A DNA stretch of 62,968 nucleotides, counting the filler, from Choristocarpus tenellus KU-1152 (lineage: Eukaryota; Protista; Phaeophyceae), in the NCBI GenBank assembly GCA_964200185.2. It is 12 parts of 12 records of this genome, joined end to end, with 100 filler letters (N's around TTAATTAATTAA, not from the genome) between each part and the next. Parts side by side here need not be neighbours in the genome. Positions count along the whole stretch, not along the records: positions 1 to 6,054 come from CAXNAD020009058.1; positions 6,155 to 10,258 come from CAXNAD020016188.1; positions 10,359 to 21,061 come from CAXNAD020002771.1; 9 more parts are not named here. One strand, written 5' to 3'. The position numbers and the translations under genes are program-made. The notes under the pieces are model-generated. The model worked only from the letters and a program-made list of their open reading frames with translations, made no database searches and was not told where the DNA came from. Positions 1-12,830 of the stretch are shown here, one piece after another; within the stretch, counting starts at the first letter, position 1, and each line of letters starts with the position of its first letter.

Positions 1-2400
1 TGGGGTGGTGGATGTGGCGTGGGGGTTTGGTGTGAGGGGTGTTGGGGCAGGAGGTGGAACGTGGAGCGGAGGGGGGGGGGGATTTCTTTCCCCTTGTTGT
101 AGCAAGGAAGTGAGGGGAATTCCACCTCATTATTGAAAGTTCCTTCTCCGCTGCTCTTATCATTGGTGACTATGGGATGGGAATGCTTATGGTGTGACCA
201 CATCGGTTGTCTGAAGACTCCAGTCACCTACCATTCAGTGAGCAGGTTGCAGCAATGTTTGAAATCCCAACATACGCACCCCCAACTACATACTATGTTG
301 TCTTTTTCCCCCTCTACCCATTCTGTGTGTTTCCCCAAACCCTAGGCGACAAGAGGCTGTTGATCTACTTTTAGGAATCTACCGCCCAACAGAAGATGAA
401 GAGCTCCTCTCAGCCTTCAAGGCCCCGTTGGATCTTGACGTTTGGATACGACTTGGTGGGGCTACTCCCAAGGCCTCAGCCTGGGCAGCAGGCGACAGTG
501 TCAATGACGAGTGGCCTGTTGGTATTGAATCCTCAGAGGAGGAGGGTGGTAGGGGGATCAAAGGGCCTACCAGCCCTACTCTTGATTCTCCTGGGTTGCT
601 CAGTGCAACAGTTGGAATGGGGGAACAGCCAGTGGCAGGGGCAAGTGTGGAGGGGCTGATAGAGGGGAGCCTGGTGGAGCATAAGAATAAGGCACGGGGG
701 AAATCAGAATCACCACTTGCTAATCTACGCATGGCTGAGGCATACACCCCTCTTTCTGTGATGGTGAGTGGGAGAGGGTGCTGTTACAGTGTTCTCTGTA
801 GTTGGAATGGTAGGTTCTTATGCACTGTTACAGATACCCTCTTCCAACAGCCTGTATGCACCACCAGATTCTCCTTGCTTTTTGTCCTCACCACCCCATT
901 TCCATGCTCTTAGCCAACACCTATCTGGGACACTTTGAGCCCATCCTATTTTTGACGTTCAGAAATCTCTTTGAATACAGGCGTTGGTTATGCTGGCTAT
1001 GCGATTATTGGGACCCGCAGGCAACCTGCGATTGGAAATGCTTGTGATCCTGGCGGGATTATTTGTTCTTCCCTTGATACGGGCAGTTGGTGGGCAGTAA
1101 GTGGTCTTGCTGGCCATTGTACTGAGGGAAGGAAAGGGTTTGCTAACGTTGAGGTTACTAGCTATGCCGTTTGTGGTCCTTGTTACATAGCAGGCTCCCA
1201 ACGGTAGTATCAATGTGGGTCTCTGCCTTGCTCTTATTGCCTCCCAGTTTTCATCCTCCCCTTCACTTTTGTATTGGTGCTGTCAATAGGTTATTGAGTC
1301 GTTCGCATCACATTGATATCACTATAGTATTGTTTTTTTTACTTGGGTGTCTATGACAGGAGACACAGTATGATTAGGAGTAGGGGGGAAAGTAGAGCTA
1401 TCAGTGTTGTCTATGTGAGGATGCTACCATTTAGTACTCCCGTGTGTGTGCTCGCGTGCATGTTATGGTTGGTGTGATTGTGTGCTGCTATCTCTAACTG
1501 TTGTGAGTCACAATGACATAGCGATGGTAAATGGTTATGGTCTTCGTTCATATTTGCTCACCTTCTCTGGATTGTTGCTGAGAGCGCTGGATGTTGTACT
1601 CCATAATGGATCTACCTCTATGCCTATCTGTTCCTTGCCAAAATACCACTACTTCTACTACCACAACAATTTGTAGGCGACAAGACCTTAAAGTCCTTGC
1701 CTCGCTGCTACTACACTGTAATGATGGAGGTTTACCTTACCTAGACTAGTAGAGCGTGGCTTGACTCAGGTAGAATGAAGCAACATGCGACAAGGGAAAG
1801 AACTTCTATTGACTCAGGCAAATAGATAGGGCTTCTATTGCTTACAATAATGGCCCTCCTACTATACAACAATATCGAAATCCTAGGGAGAGTCACCCTA
1901 CAACAACCCTACGCAAAAAGGCAAGGAGTGATCCACGGCGGTCAGATTAGAATGCTGTCACTGAACATTGTATAAGTAACGGTGTCCTTCGCAACAAGAG
2001 AATATTATAATGTCACAACTACAAGATACAGAAAATAGGCGGCTAGCAAGAGGAAGGAGGGATACAATGGTACGTAGCTGTCTGGTTGATGTGGTAGCAA
2101 AAATATAGAGCACAAGGTGTAGTGAGGAATGGGGCATGACTATATACTTGAGTATTATGTACTATAGTATATTGTGAGCGTTTTGCACATCAGAAGTCAC
2201 CAGGGAAATAATAGTATATACAAAGACCAGGAGATGAAGATGGGAATTTGGTGTTTGTCTTTGACGATGAGGTGGGAAGGATTATTTCGCAGTTGCCCAA
2301 GAATGCATCATCTCATCTTTCTCTATGTCTCCCTCCTACGAGGCTAAAAGTACTTGTCTTTCAAACCAAAGAAATTAACCGAGTAGAAGAGAGAGTGGGG

Positions 2401-2660
2401 GTTCCTTGGAGTCTCAATTGGGAGGGGAAAAGCTACTTGAAAGCAGTGCGACTCAAGGACATATTATTCGTAGTTCGTTAATATCAGTGATGGACCAATT
2501 AGTTCTAGACCTCTAGTCAGCAATATATTGGCTCCTTGGAGTCTCAATTAGGAGGGGGAAAGCCTCTTGAAAACAGTGCAACTCGAGGACATTATTATTC
2601 GTAGTTTGTCAATATCAGAGATGGACCAATAGTTCTAGATCTCTAGTCAGCAATATATTG
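2401..2660. repeat. Tandem duplication, 2 x ~130 bp
   Basis: g(t/c)tccttggagtctcaatt...ctctagtcagcaatatattg occurs at 2401-2530 and again at 2531-2660 with scattered differences. Confidence 0.9.
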
Positions 2661-4345
2661 TATCCAGTAGTAAGCATCTCCGTGCAGTCGGATGGTTGAG
2701 TCAGCCACAATTCCAAGAAACACCTTTTACCCTCCACCACAATCTATCATATATTCAGACACACACGCGTATCTACAAGAAAAAATAATAGTACGCAAGT
2801 TAAAAAAAATCGTAAGGAAGGGAAGGATGGATTTCGAGCATCCCTCAACTACAGTTTATTAATTGAAGAGATTGTTTAATGGTTTTCCAACATGTGAACT
2901 TATTTTTTTCTCTCATCTCTCCTCAATGCTGTCACACCTGTTTTCACAAGGCCAACTTTGTAGGACAATGTGTGATTGGTGTGTTTCCGATTTTGCTGAA
3001 TCCCATTCAGCTTAGGAGGGATTTGTGGTAGTGAGAAATACGCTTCATATTGTGGACCTGGTGGGGTGTATCTATGTCACACAGCCATATTACAGGACCT
3101 CAACTCAGACACTTAAGACTTGAGCATTCGAATCTCAAGTATATAATCTCAGGTGATACGTCTGCGTTTCTATCATTAGGTACTATTACAGCACGCTCCA
3201 GAAGCTTACCTCCACAGGATCTATACCTCCAGTCCACAAGTCTATAGATGACGATGATGCACGTATAGGACTCCTGATTCACAAGTCGTCAAATATGCTG
3301 AATCTCTTAATTGGATTATTCCCTTCATAAGTATCATCAAATCGTCATATAAAAGGAAATGGCAACGATGTACCACCTGGGGGCATGATAATAACTAAAT
3401 AATAAATAGGCAAGACGAACAAATATATCAAATCTAGGACTTCATGGTTATAATGGTGTTTATGAAACCGCCATCAGGACATATCGCCTGTAACAGTACT
3501 TGGCTGTCCTTGCGGAAACAACTCCAGGCTTTTAGAATCCGTTAACAGATAGATCTCTGCAGTGGTACCAGCTACATCTTTGATGGTACTTCCAACACAA
3601 ACAAACCTGCCAGTCTCCTTGTAATTCCTCTGACCCAAAGCACGGCCTGCATAATATTTCCAGCCTTGCTGGGAGTTTGAGGGTACATACACATGGTCTA
3701 AATCCCTACCCACTTTGAAGGTCAAAGTTTTTGAGCACAGACACGCCACAGCTTTACGTCATACACATTTAGCTCGATCGTCAAATTTTCAATTGGCAGG
3801 CACAGACCCCCCCTGGCACAGCCCAACCTCTCTACCCAGGCACAGCCCCCCCACGCCTTTCCTCCTAGTGCTGCTGGAGCATCATCACTGCTAGTTGGTG
3901 GAGCTTCTTCGCCTATTTCCCCCCCAAGTACAGTCCACACATACCCGCGCACACACTAACCCTGTGTCCTTCTTCATGATGGTGCCACTGGAGCACTCAC
4001 TACCACTATCGTAGCCATTAACTGGCGGATCTTCTCCTTCCCCTCATTTACACCCCAACTGTTCCTCTCCTCCTCGTCCTGCTGGACTACCATGGCTACT
4101 AGCTGGTAGAGCTTCCCATCTCTTTCCCTCCTGCACAGCCCACCCCTGTTACGCACACACTGCCCTGCTGTGCATATAAGAGGTCTGTAGTATCTCATTT
4201 TTGTCAAAGAAGGTCGGCAATAGCCTATTATGTGCATGGGTTTTGCAAATGAGGCACAAGAGCGCTTCATTTTGTCAAGTTTATAAACATTACTGTTTGT
4301 TCCACTGGGGTAGACGGTGGTACAACTTTCTTCCCCATTGGAACA

Positions 4346-4606
4346 GAGCCAATCAATTGAGAGGTAGGCAAGTTTGGACCCTTTTGTAATCTAAGCCATC
4401 TTTCTTACCCTGTTCAATGCACCCTATTTCGTTGCTTTATGTGCACAACAGTGTATGCAAAAATGATGTGCACCCTTTACAAACATGATATGACATCACA
4501 ATAATCAAGCAAAGGCCATTTTTACAATGGTACAAAATGCCATATTTTTTCCCTTTATCAGGATCCATAAAATGCAACCCTGCCTACCTCCTAGTTTGTT
4601 TGATCC
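4346..4606 (+). mobile_element. MITE family D copy (~260 bp)
   Basis: Imperfect TIRs GAGCCAATCAATTGAGAGGTAGGCAAGTTTG / CAACCCTGCCTACCTCCTAGTTTGTTTGATCC. The body aligns by eye with 57911-58120. Confidence 0.65.
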
Positions 4607-5067
4607 AACAGTAGTAGAGGTATCTCAACATATTTTGGCATTATGAGTAGTAAAAGTATAGTTGCTCTACAAGGTTGTTGCAACATCCGTTCGTCTGAGC
4701 GCATGAAATTGTTTACACGGATGGAATTATTTGTAAAAAACGATGACGACATGAGGTGCTGGGACCAAGCGGAAAACAGCGCCAGACTGATAAATGAACA
4801 TCAATAGTCAAGGGTATCAAAGAAAACCAAGCCAAATATCCTGTGAGGGATATCACCCCTCTTGCCTCAGTGTGTGGCACCAGATGCACGGAAAGGCAAG
4901 TACCCATAAACGATGCATACAGGTACGGTTATATTAAGGTAAAGAGTTGTGCACCTCATTATCGATTTGGGGTGCGACAATTAGTGGTACTGACATGTAC
5001 CAAAAAAAAAACAGAAAGAAGGATGAGAAAAAGGTTTTATAATACTAACATCTTGTATCGGAGACAC

Positions 5068-5149
5068 GACACCGTGACCGAGGGGTTAAGGTGCGAGCCT
5101 GCTAAGTTCGTGTGCATTGCACGCGTGAGTTCGAATCTCACCGGTGTCG
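5068..5149 (+). tRNA. tRNA-Ser(GCT): tRNA-Ser (anticodon GCT)
   Basis: Acceptor stem GACACCG/CGGTGTC, D-loop GGTTAA, anticodon arm CGAGC-CT GCT AA-GTTCG, long variable arm TGTGCATTGCACG, T arm GTGAG-TTCGAAT-CTCAC, discriminator G, then a T5 Pol III terminator at 5151-5155. Confidence 0.95.
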
Positions 5150-6054
5150 GTTTTTGCGCGTCCTTGTTAGTCTCCTAGAAAAATCAAAGACCGCAAGGAG
5201 CTATGGTATGCGCTAAAGACATGCATGATCAAGGAGTTTGGGGAGTTGTTCGAGTAGACTCCTCCATGTAGAGGGAGAATACAAGAGTTATTATAATACT
5301 TTAATTAAGTCAGTGTAAACGACTGTTCTCTACGTATTTCACAAGTTCAATCCCCAACCCTGCCCAGTCTGTCTTTTCACATAAATCTAGTTTTGCGTAT
5401 CCGAAGTCCTCATGGCAAGCAGTATGGATTGTGCACCTTCACGTATGCTATCTATCCCATCTGCCCCTAGTCCCTATGCCACAGAAACGTCGGACCAGGA
5501 ACTCGGTGGCAAGTCTTCATTATTACCGAGTGATGGGGGTCTTCCAGCAAAGGGATGATGAGCAGGTGGTGGCATGACTGATGCAAACCTAACGCACGAG
5601 AAGCAAGGTATGAATTGAAGCCGGTAAAATTAGTAGTAATAGCACAACAGGCAGCATCATTTGTTAGGACAATAAAGCGTCACTATGCAGTGTTGGCATT
5701 CGCCTCCTGCATCAACTTTATGGTGCCATAACTTTTGATCAACAATTTTTTTCATGAAAATTCGTTATAATCGCATAATCATGCTTAACCTTATTTGATG
5801 GGTTTCGGTTGATCAACTTACAGTAATCGTGAGAAATACAGAATCATACTTGAATCAAGTAGTCCGCGCGCGTTTCGCGCGGGGGTGCCATGCGGCCCGC
5901 TTGAATAGCGAATTTAAGGACGATTTTGACGCCCGAAGATATCATCTTCACCCGGAGAACATGGGTGTTGTTGTCTCTCCATTCTCTTTCTATTATTTCC
6001 CGTTTATGCAATATTGTCACCTGCTGGTTAAGGCTCACTCATGGGGGCCCAGGC

Positions 6055-6154
6055 NNNNNNNNNNNNNNNNNNNNNNNNNNNNNNNNNNNNNNNNNNNNTT
6101 AATTAATTAANNNNNNNNNNNNNNNNNNNNNNNNNNNNNNNNNNNNNNNNNNNN
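6055..6154. other. Artificial contig linker (44 N + TTAATTAATTAA + 44 N)
   Basis: Identical 100-bp spacer with stop codons in all six frames. Also at 10259-10358, 21062-21161, 25084-25183, 30259-30358, 33137-33236, 40152-40251, 43378-43477, 48634-48733, 51431-51530 and 56705-56804. Separate 10-N gaps at 11101-11110 and 31024-31033. Confidence 0.97.
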
Positions 6155-9100
6155 TGCATGTTATTGCTGTGCTGCGGCCACATATTCATCGTTAGGTCTA
6201 GTGGTAAAACTCAAAGTTGGTACACTAAATAGAGACCTGTGTGTGTGTTGAGTGAAGACTGCCTACTTCAAACCACAATAACGTGCCCATGTGGGAGATT
6301 GGCCATGGGCGGTCTTGTGAGCTATCCTTGTCATCACCACCTGTGGCTAGCCACCCTTCACCAACCCTTATATACTGCTCATCTATTGCAGATTAACAAA
6401 TTGGTGATGAAAGGCGAGCATAATGACTATCCATCCTGGGAAGAGGGGACCAAGTCTTTGTCCTCGATCGAGGAGGCAACAATGCCAAGCGTGATTTCCT
6501 CTGTTCATGTGTGCGAAACACTACTCTGGCCAAATCACCATCAACTGTCGATACTCAGTCCGATCTGTGTGGTATTTGTTGCAGCATTATTTTCTTGTGG
6601 CTGGTGCCTTCGAAAGATTTTGTTGACCTTGACGAAGACTGCGGTTAGGATAGGGAGATACTTCACCCCCCAGCCCCTCAACAGGGATGCCCCTCCTGAG
6701 GATTTGGGGTTTCAAGTGATGATGGTAATTAGGTGAGCACATTGTTGCGGTTCTTCTCTATCCTGCCACTGCAATGTGTCTTGCTGTAACGAACTGTTGC
6801 CCTTGGAGATTTCTAGCAAGATGAAGGAAGGCAATCAGTCCTTCAAGGAGATCTTCCTATTGATCATTTTTAGATGGGCTTCCTTCCAGGTATTGGACTG
6901 AATTCAGCCAGTCCATAGCAAATACTGACCTTGTTGATGGATGTCGTTTACGACTGCATGCCTTTTTGATACATCCTCAACACAGCACCTTGTCCGAAAC
7001 ATGATCTACTACCACCCACTTCTCTTTGCCTGTGTCCTGCAGGAGCTTTAATTCTGTCCCAAGCTCACATTCTCTCCCCACCTATCCCACGACCTGCTCC
7101 ACAACTCTGCAGCAGCACAATGTAAAACAGTAGTGTGTGCCATTATCATCAGTGTGCACAGCAAGCAGCAACAATGAGCACAGGAGGGTGGACAACTACG
7201 GGAGGCATGCTATTCTTCACTCTCTCCCTGTGTATTTTTATATGTTTCCATTCCACTATGCTTGATTTGTTGTTGCTGCATTTGTCTTTCATTGAGTCTT
7301 TAGCAGATCTTAGAACAAGGAGTGTTGAATGTTTGCTATATTATTGTGGTTGTTACTTTCTGGCCTGGAAGGGTCAATAGTAGAAGAGGTTTTACTGGGG
7401 AGTAGAGACGAAGGTGTGTGTTAGTAACAAAGAGCATTACCTTGGTGGTGTAACTGTGTGTGATGCCTGGTGCTCACAGTTCATGGGAATGGAATCTGAG
7501 TGGTAGAGTGCGCGTGGGGTGCCTCATCTGTCTAGAATATATTCAGGTCTGGCCTTTCTAACTTGAGAGTGTGTTTGCCCTTGAATTGAGCTTGATTTAT
7601 GTATCCGTCTGTCTATCTGTCTAGGAATACGGTGACACACGAGGGTAGTGCACCCACTTGCAATCATGGTACATACCATTTAAAATTTATCCATCGAAGA
7701 AAAACATTGTTGTTGTTTGGATTAAATATCATTACCAATATCAGGTGCAAATGTCTCCGTTGTTGTAAAATGCACTGAGGTGGTCTGACTAGTTCTTCTC
7801 TGAACCTAAAGTGTGAAGCTGAGATTATACTGCCATGGTGACAAGATCCTCCCCACATGTTTTCCGAAGTATAGGATTGTGGTTGCCAACATTTGAATAT
7901 CAAAACAGCTATTTATTGCTCAGAGTACTACATTACGACAAGAACTGTACAGCGGAATAAATAAATAATGCACTAGTTTAGTTGCTGGTCCTCATTTGGC
8001 GTGTTTGAGCATTTAGTTTAGCATGATCACATGAGCGAAGTTATGTGACTCTCAGGCAAAATCGAACATATGAACATCGGAAACAAATCAGCCGGAGCAT
8101 CTAAGCCCTCGTAATGAAGCCTGCAGACTTACTCTTAAAATCATGCTCTCTCCCCGGATCCACGTGAGTCTCGAACACCCATCTCTTGCTGAATGCGTTC
8201 GTGTATCTCCCTCCTCGAGCTTGTCGGCCACTTCTGTCATCAGAGTGACTTGCAAGCAGATGGCTGTGAACCTCTGGGTACATCCTGTCAGTGTCATGCA
8301 GTGGGTGAGCAATGGAAAAAATATAGAAAAAGGATGCAATATTTATCGGTCCATGCCAACTTTGGGATGGTCAAAGCTAGATAGAATGCTACGATGTTGG
8401 AAGCGTGAAAGCCTGAGTTGACAATCATGCAGGTGCTTACCCGCGCCATATCCAACCCCTCAATTGCAACGAACCTTGCAGATGTTGAACTGTCCTTGTG
8501 CTCTTGCCCCTGGGCCTTGCCCACGGCTGCTGAAGCAGGAGTCAGTCCTACCCCTTTTAGCGTTATTAGCGGGTCTTCCGTCCAATTGAGCCTCAGCACC
8601 TTATCGAATAGGCTCCAGGTGGCCACCACAACATACATGCGCCTTGCCGCCATGAACACAAAACGTACTCACTTCTAGGGGGTTGAAGGATCTCGTCAGG
8701 ACTGCGGGATGTGTAGGGTGGGTTGCGCTGTCAACAGAAGGGAGTCGAGTTGCACGTACAGTATTGTGAAAATGGTGGCAAGGACTTGCTTCTCCTCATT
8801 AGAGTTAGCACTGACTACATGCTTGTACGAAAGTTTACGAAACGACATCATTGTCATTCTGTTTCAGTGCATACACCAGGCCAGGTGGTCATCAATGTGC
8901 GAGACACAACAATAATAAATATTAATAACATATATACATAATGTAGAGTGTCACTAAGAAGAGCAAATAGTATCATTAGTACTTGGTGCATTTTTGTTTA
9001 TAGCCCTCTATCAATGACCAGGTCAATGCTTCACAGACGGAGTGGCAATACGAACTGCGCCAAGTATTCACTAAGGAGTAGCCTATTATATTACTACCTC

Positions 9101-9307
9101 TGTGCCATAAGTTTGTGCCACGAAACATCCTGGGTTGCTGAGCGAGAATGGCGCCGAATCGGAAGATAACCCCACAGAATGAAATCGGGTTGACAATCTC
9201 AGCTTTCAGAAAACGTTAGGGTCGAGGATCATCAAGTACAAACTCGAGGTGCATCAAGCCGTCAAAGCAGGGGTCTTTTGGGATGATTTTGAGGCCAGAA
9301 CTAGGCA

Positions 9308-10258
9308 TGTTGAGGGTCAGAACGTCGGCAGGGCAACACCCCCCCGTCGACCCCCCCATGTAGAAAGGGTGCCCAAGTGTCCCTGAATACCAGGGTTACA
9401 CTTGCAGTGAAGCACGCCCTCGCGATGGTCCCTGGTGAGCATAAACTGCCGCGACAAGTTGGGCCAGCCCTCACAGCGGAGTTTGGAGTGTCCGAGCGTT
9501 ACATGTGAGGGCTCTGGGAGGACGTCGCCAATCAGCTCGCCCGTGGCGACACGCTTGACCTAGGAGTGGTGGCACGCTGTGGGAGGCCTTCGGAATTCAC
9601 ACCGACCAAGATGACTGCAATACATAGTATCAACCGATAATTGGCCATCCACAGTGCGTCAGGTGACAATGAAGATGGCCGCCAAGGGGCTGAATTATAG
9701 CAGGAGCACCATAAACAGGTGGTTGGATGATACGGGGGCCATGCCGAATCGCCGCTGGATCAAACCCAAGCTTAATTCGTGGCAAAAGGTATGGAGAATG
9801 GACTTTGTTTGCGATCAAGTGGATGAGAAACGTGGTCTGTAGGCCTCCATGTCAAACACGATCCATGTGGATAAAACCTGGTTTTACGTGATGGCTGATG
9901 GGGAAAGGGTTAGGGTATTTCCGCATGAGGATGATAGCGACCTTCCAAGGTCCCCTACTGTGCAGCACAAGAGTCATATCCCCAAAACCATGATCATTGC
10001 AGCCAAGCCGGCCCAGATTCGACTCACAGCTTTGATGGAAAGCTTGGTGTTTGGCGTGTATGTGCGCCAAAAACGTTAGACAAGACAAGCAAGAACCATA
10101 AAAAGGGGGACGTGTATGAGCAGGACCGTACTTTAGACCATTTGTGGCACTGGAAGTGGTGCACAGAGGAGTTATTGCCTACAATCAAGACCAAGATACC
10201 TTGGTTGCAGGGGAAGCACGTTGTCGTTCAGCAAGATGGTGCCACCCCCCACAAGAGC
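9308..10258 (+). mobile_element. Tc1/mariner-superfamily (plant-mariner/DD39D-like) transposase pseudogene, cut by the contig end
   Basis: Across frames: HTH-like region (AEFGVSERY...CGRPS...STINRW), IKPKL, IHVDKTWFYV (first catalytic Asp), HKSHIPKTMIIAA, FDGKLGVW, SKNHKKG, LLPTIKTKIP, VVVQQDGATPH (second Asp). Contains stops and frameshifts; the start is approximate. Confidence 0.88.
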
Positions 10259-10904
10259 NNNNNNNNNNNNNNNNNNNNNNNNNNNNNNNNNNNNNNNNNN
10301 NNTTAATTAATTAANNNNNNNNNNNNNNNNNNNNNNNNNNNNNNNNNNNNNNNNNNNNGGGGGAGGGGGAAGAGACTATGACAGTTCGTGATGAGTGGTG
10401 GATTAGTTTAAATTCAATCAATTTAAATCGGAATTTAGAAAAAAAAAAAAAAACGAACTGAAAAAGTTCGAGTCATTCAAACGCTTTTTAAAAACATCAC
10501 AATACAAGTGTTAAACATCACACCTGAACACGTGCGACAGGTCACAGAACCACTTCACCACCTAGTGCATTGGCCACAAGGTGTCATTAGTCACTACCCA
10601 CAACTTTTTTTTATTATAACGCATGAAAGTATATAATATTTGTGACTTTCATATCTGTCCGAGGAGGAGCACAGGACACAAAAAAAAATTGCGCCTCCGG
10701 AGGAGGCTCCATTCGAACCAAAGGGCAGTTGTTGTTTTTTGCCCTGTGGCAGAGCCACGCGACCGCGTGCGCGCGTTTCGCGCCCGTCACCTCGTGCGTC
10801 AAAAGTTGTTACTCAAATAAAATAAAATAAATTAAAATAAAAGTTCCAGCCCATTTTAACCTTAACCCTTCTTCGGTTCAAAACACCAGTCAAAAAAGAA
10901 ACAG

Positions 10905-11055
10905 TGTTGTGTTGTGTTGCATGTTTGTATGTTGTGTGTTGTGTGTGCGTTTGTGTGTTGTGTTGTGTTGCGTGTGTGTGTGTTGTGTGTGTTGTGTGTG
11001 TTGTGTGTGTGTGTGTTTGTGTGTGTGTGTGGGGGGGGGGGGGGGGGGGGGGGGG
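10905..11055. repeat. (GT)/(GTTGT) microsatellite followed by poly-G
   Basis: Directly visible simple repeat. It explains the Cys/Val and His/Thr ORFs in the ORF track. Confidence 0.9.
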
Positions 11056-11668
11056 CAAAGAGGGGAAAAAAAAAAAAAACAAAACCCGCCCCCCGCACCA
11101 NNNNNNNNNNGGGGGGTGGGGGGGGGGGGGGGGGGGGGGGGGGGTCAAAACTGAAGGATACAACGAATACACTAAGCACACCGTGACTCCAACCAAGACA
11201 CTGCTGTGGCCAAGCATAGCACAGCACTGCATATTCACCGCTGAGGGCTCAGCATGTGTGAACCTTGCACACAGCAAAGAACAGCACCGCAAACAACATT
11301 GACATAAAAGTGTCTGGCATGAGAAAGTATCTGGAAGCGTTTTGAAGTACTTTTTGATGATTATTAGACTTTAAAATACAGGTCCAGTACTATACACCCA
11401 TTGAGGCCACACCAAACACTCAACACCAAACATCTGCTTCAAGCAAATAGCCACAAAATGCTATTATGCACGAGGAGAGTACTACTCCTCTTGTGCACAC
11501 TCAACTAATGAATAATACTCAACCAATCGAAAACAACCCTGTTGCAAAGAGGAGGAATAACTTGAGCGCGTACGAAAAATCAACCGTGCTTTTCACCCCC
11601 AGAGGTGCCCACAGAATCAATACGTCAGGAACACAAGCTTTAACCAAGAGATTTTTCAATCAAACAGC

Positions 11669-11813
11669 AGAACCAAAGTTTGAAGAACTTGAAACAAATA
11701 TATACTAATTTTTTTTTTAAGAATCAAAGTTTGAAGAACTTAAAACAAATATATACTACTTTTTTTTTAAGAACCAAAGTTTGAAGAACTTGAAAAAAGT
11801 ATATACTACTTTT
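11669..11813. repeat. Tandem repeat, 3 x ~51 bp
   Basis: Unit agaaccaaagtttgaagaacttgaaacaaatatatacta(c)tttttttta repeated three times. Confidence 0.9.
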
Positions 11814-12830
11814 TATTTTAGTTACCGTCAAACTCCATACGCTAGTGGTGAGGTTAGAAGCCAGTGTGAGAAAGAGGCCTTCATGTTTCTGAACATCTCT
11901 CTGATACAACCCTAACCCTAACCCTAAACCTAAGCTTATGTGTTTCACGGTCGTATGAGATGACAGAGAAAAGAAGAGAGCGGGGAGGGTGGGGGTATAG
12001 TGTATAGGGTATAGTGGGGTGTACCAACAAATTAATGAATCCCATGTATCTCTCATGGTCACAACAAACTAATACACCACCTGCTCGGCTGTGCTGCCTT
12101 CAGTTGATATAGTATTGGCTCAAACTTTGGCGCATACATGTCAGCGTGTGTGTTACTCCATTCAATGCGGCGCTTGTGCGACAATGGTGGTGAGACAATA
12201 CTGCCCTGTGTCATGACTCCAAGGTCCACATCAAACTTCGTGTGCAAATCCTACCCCAGAGGCACTCAGTGCAACACATTGGACAATAATAGAAGGAGAG
12301 ACGACACATTGGATGAATAGTGGCTGTAACCATCCTGATACGCGCGGAAGAGAAAAGGGATGTCCTTCCAGGGCTGTTTTTACGGGTCTACAAATGCACC
12401 CACTCATATGTGTTTCCTCTTCGAAATCTGAGTTCCTAGTATGTTGTTGCGAAAGCTAGTCCACTGTGAACAAAATCGTGCAATAACACACACACTGGAA
12501 ACAGTCCCACGTCATGATGGATGTCTGGGACAATAGGTACACCGATTATATAATGACCATGAGCAATATTCAAAATCATCCTTGTCCTTGAAAATGCTTA
12601 TGTTGCTGCAGTCTGGCAGATCTGTACGATCGAAAGTGTCTGTCGTAGGAGATAAGTATCATCCATGCCTACTGAGGAGGCAAGAGTATGCAAAAACAGC
12701 GTAACACCCAGCACCAAATTTTGGGGAATATTTCTCTGCACACGTTTTAAACATCAAATGTGGATCGACAGGCGAAGAACAGTATGGGTTATCGTTACGA
12801 AGCACCCACCAGAGGTTACCTTTGGCTCAC

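Noticed and set aside
130-1213. 5' zinc-finger region of a non-LTR element on the minus strand (PIAGC, WWC...GCWK)
   Set aside because: The motifs need several frameshifts and cannot be linked to the CRE element; too weak to call without a search.
1718-1847. Solo LTR (TGTAA...TTACA)
   Set aside because: Only a 5-bp inverted match, no convincing TSD and no second copy in the window.
3100-4270. Chain of minus-strand ORFs as a gene
   Set aside because: No recognisable domain or consistent splice structure was found.
6155-8940. hAT-like transposase remnants and overlapping short ORFs
   Set aside because: No diagnostic motif could be established.
10813-11302. Cys/Val-rich, His/Thr-rich and poly-Gly/Pro ORFs
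   Set aside because: They are translations of microsatellites, homopolymers and an N gap.
11669-11813. CRISPR-like array (also 43525-43690 and 2401-2660)
   Set aside because: The units are contiguous tandem repeats without unique spacers; the context is eukaryotic and there are no cas genes.
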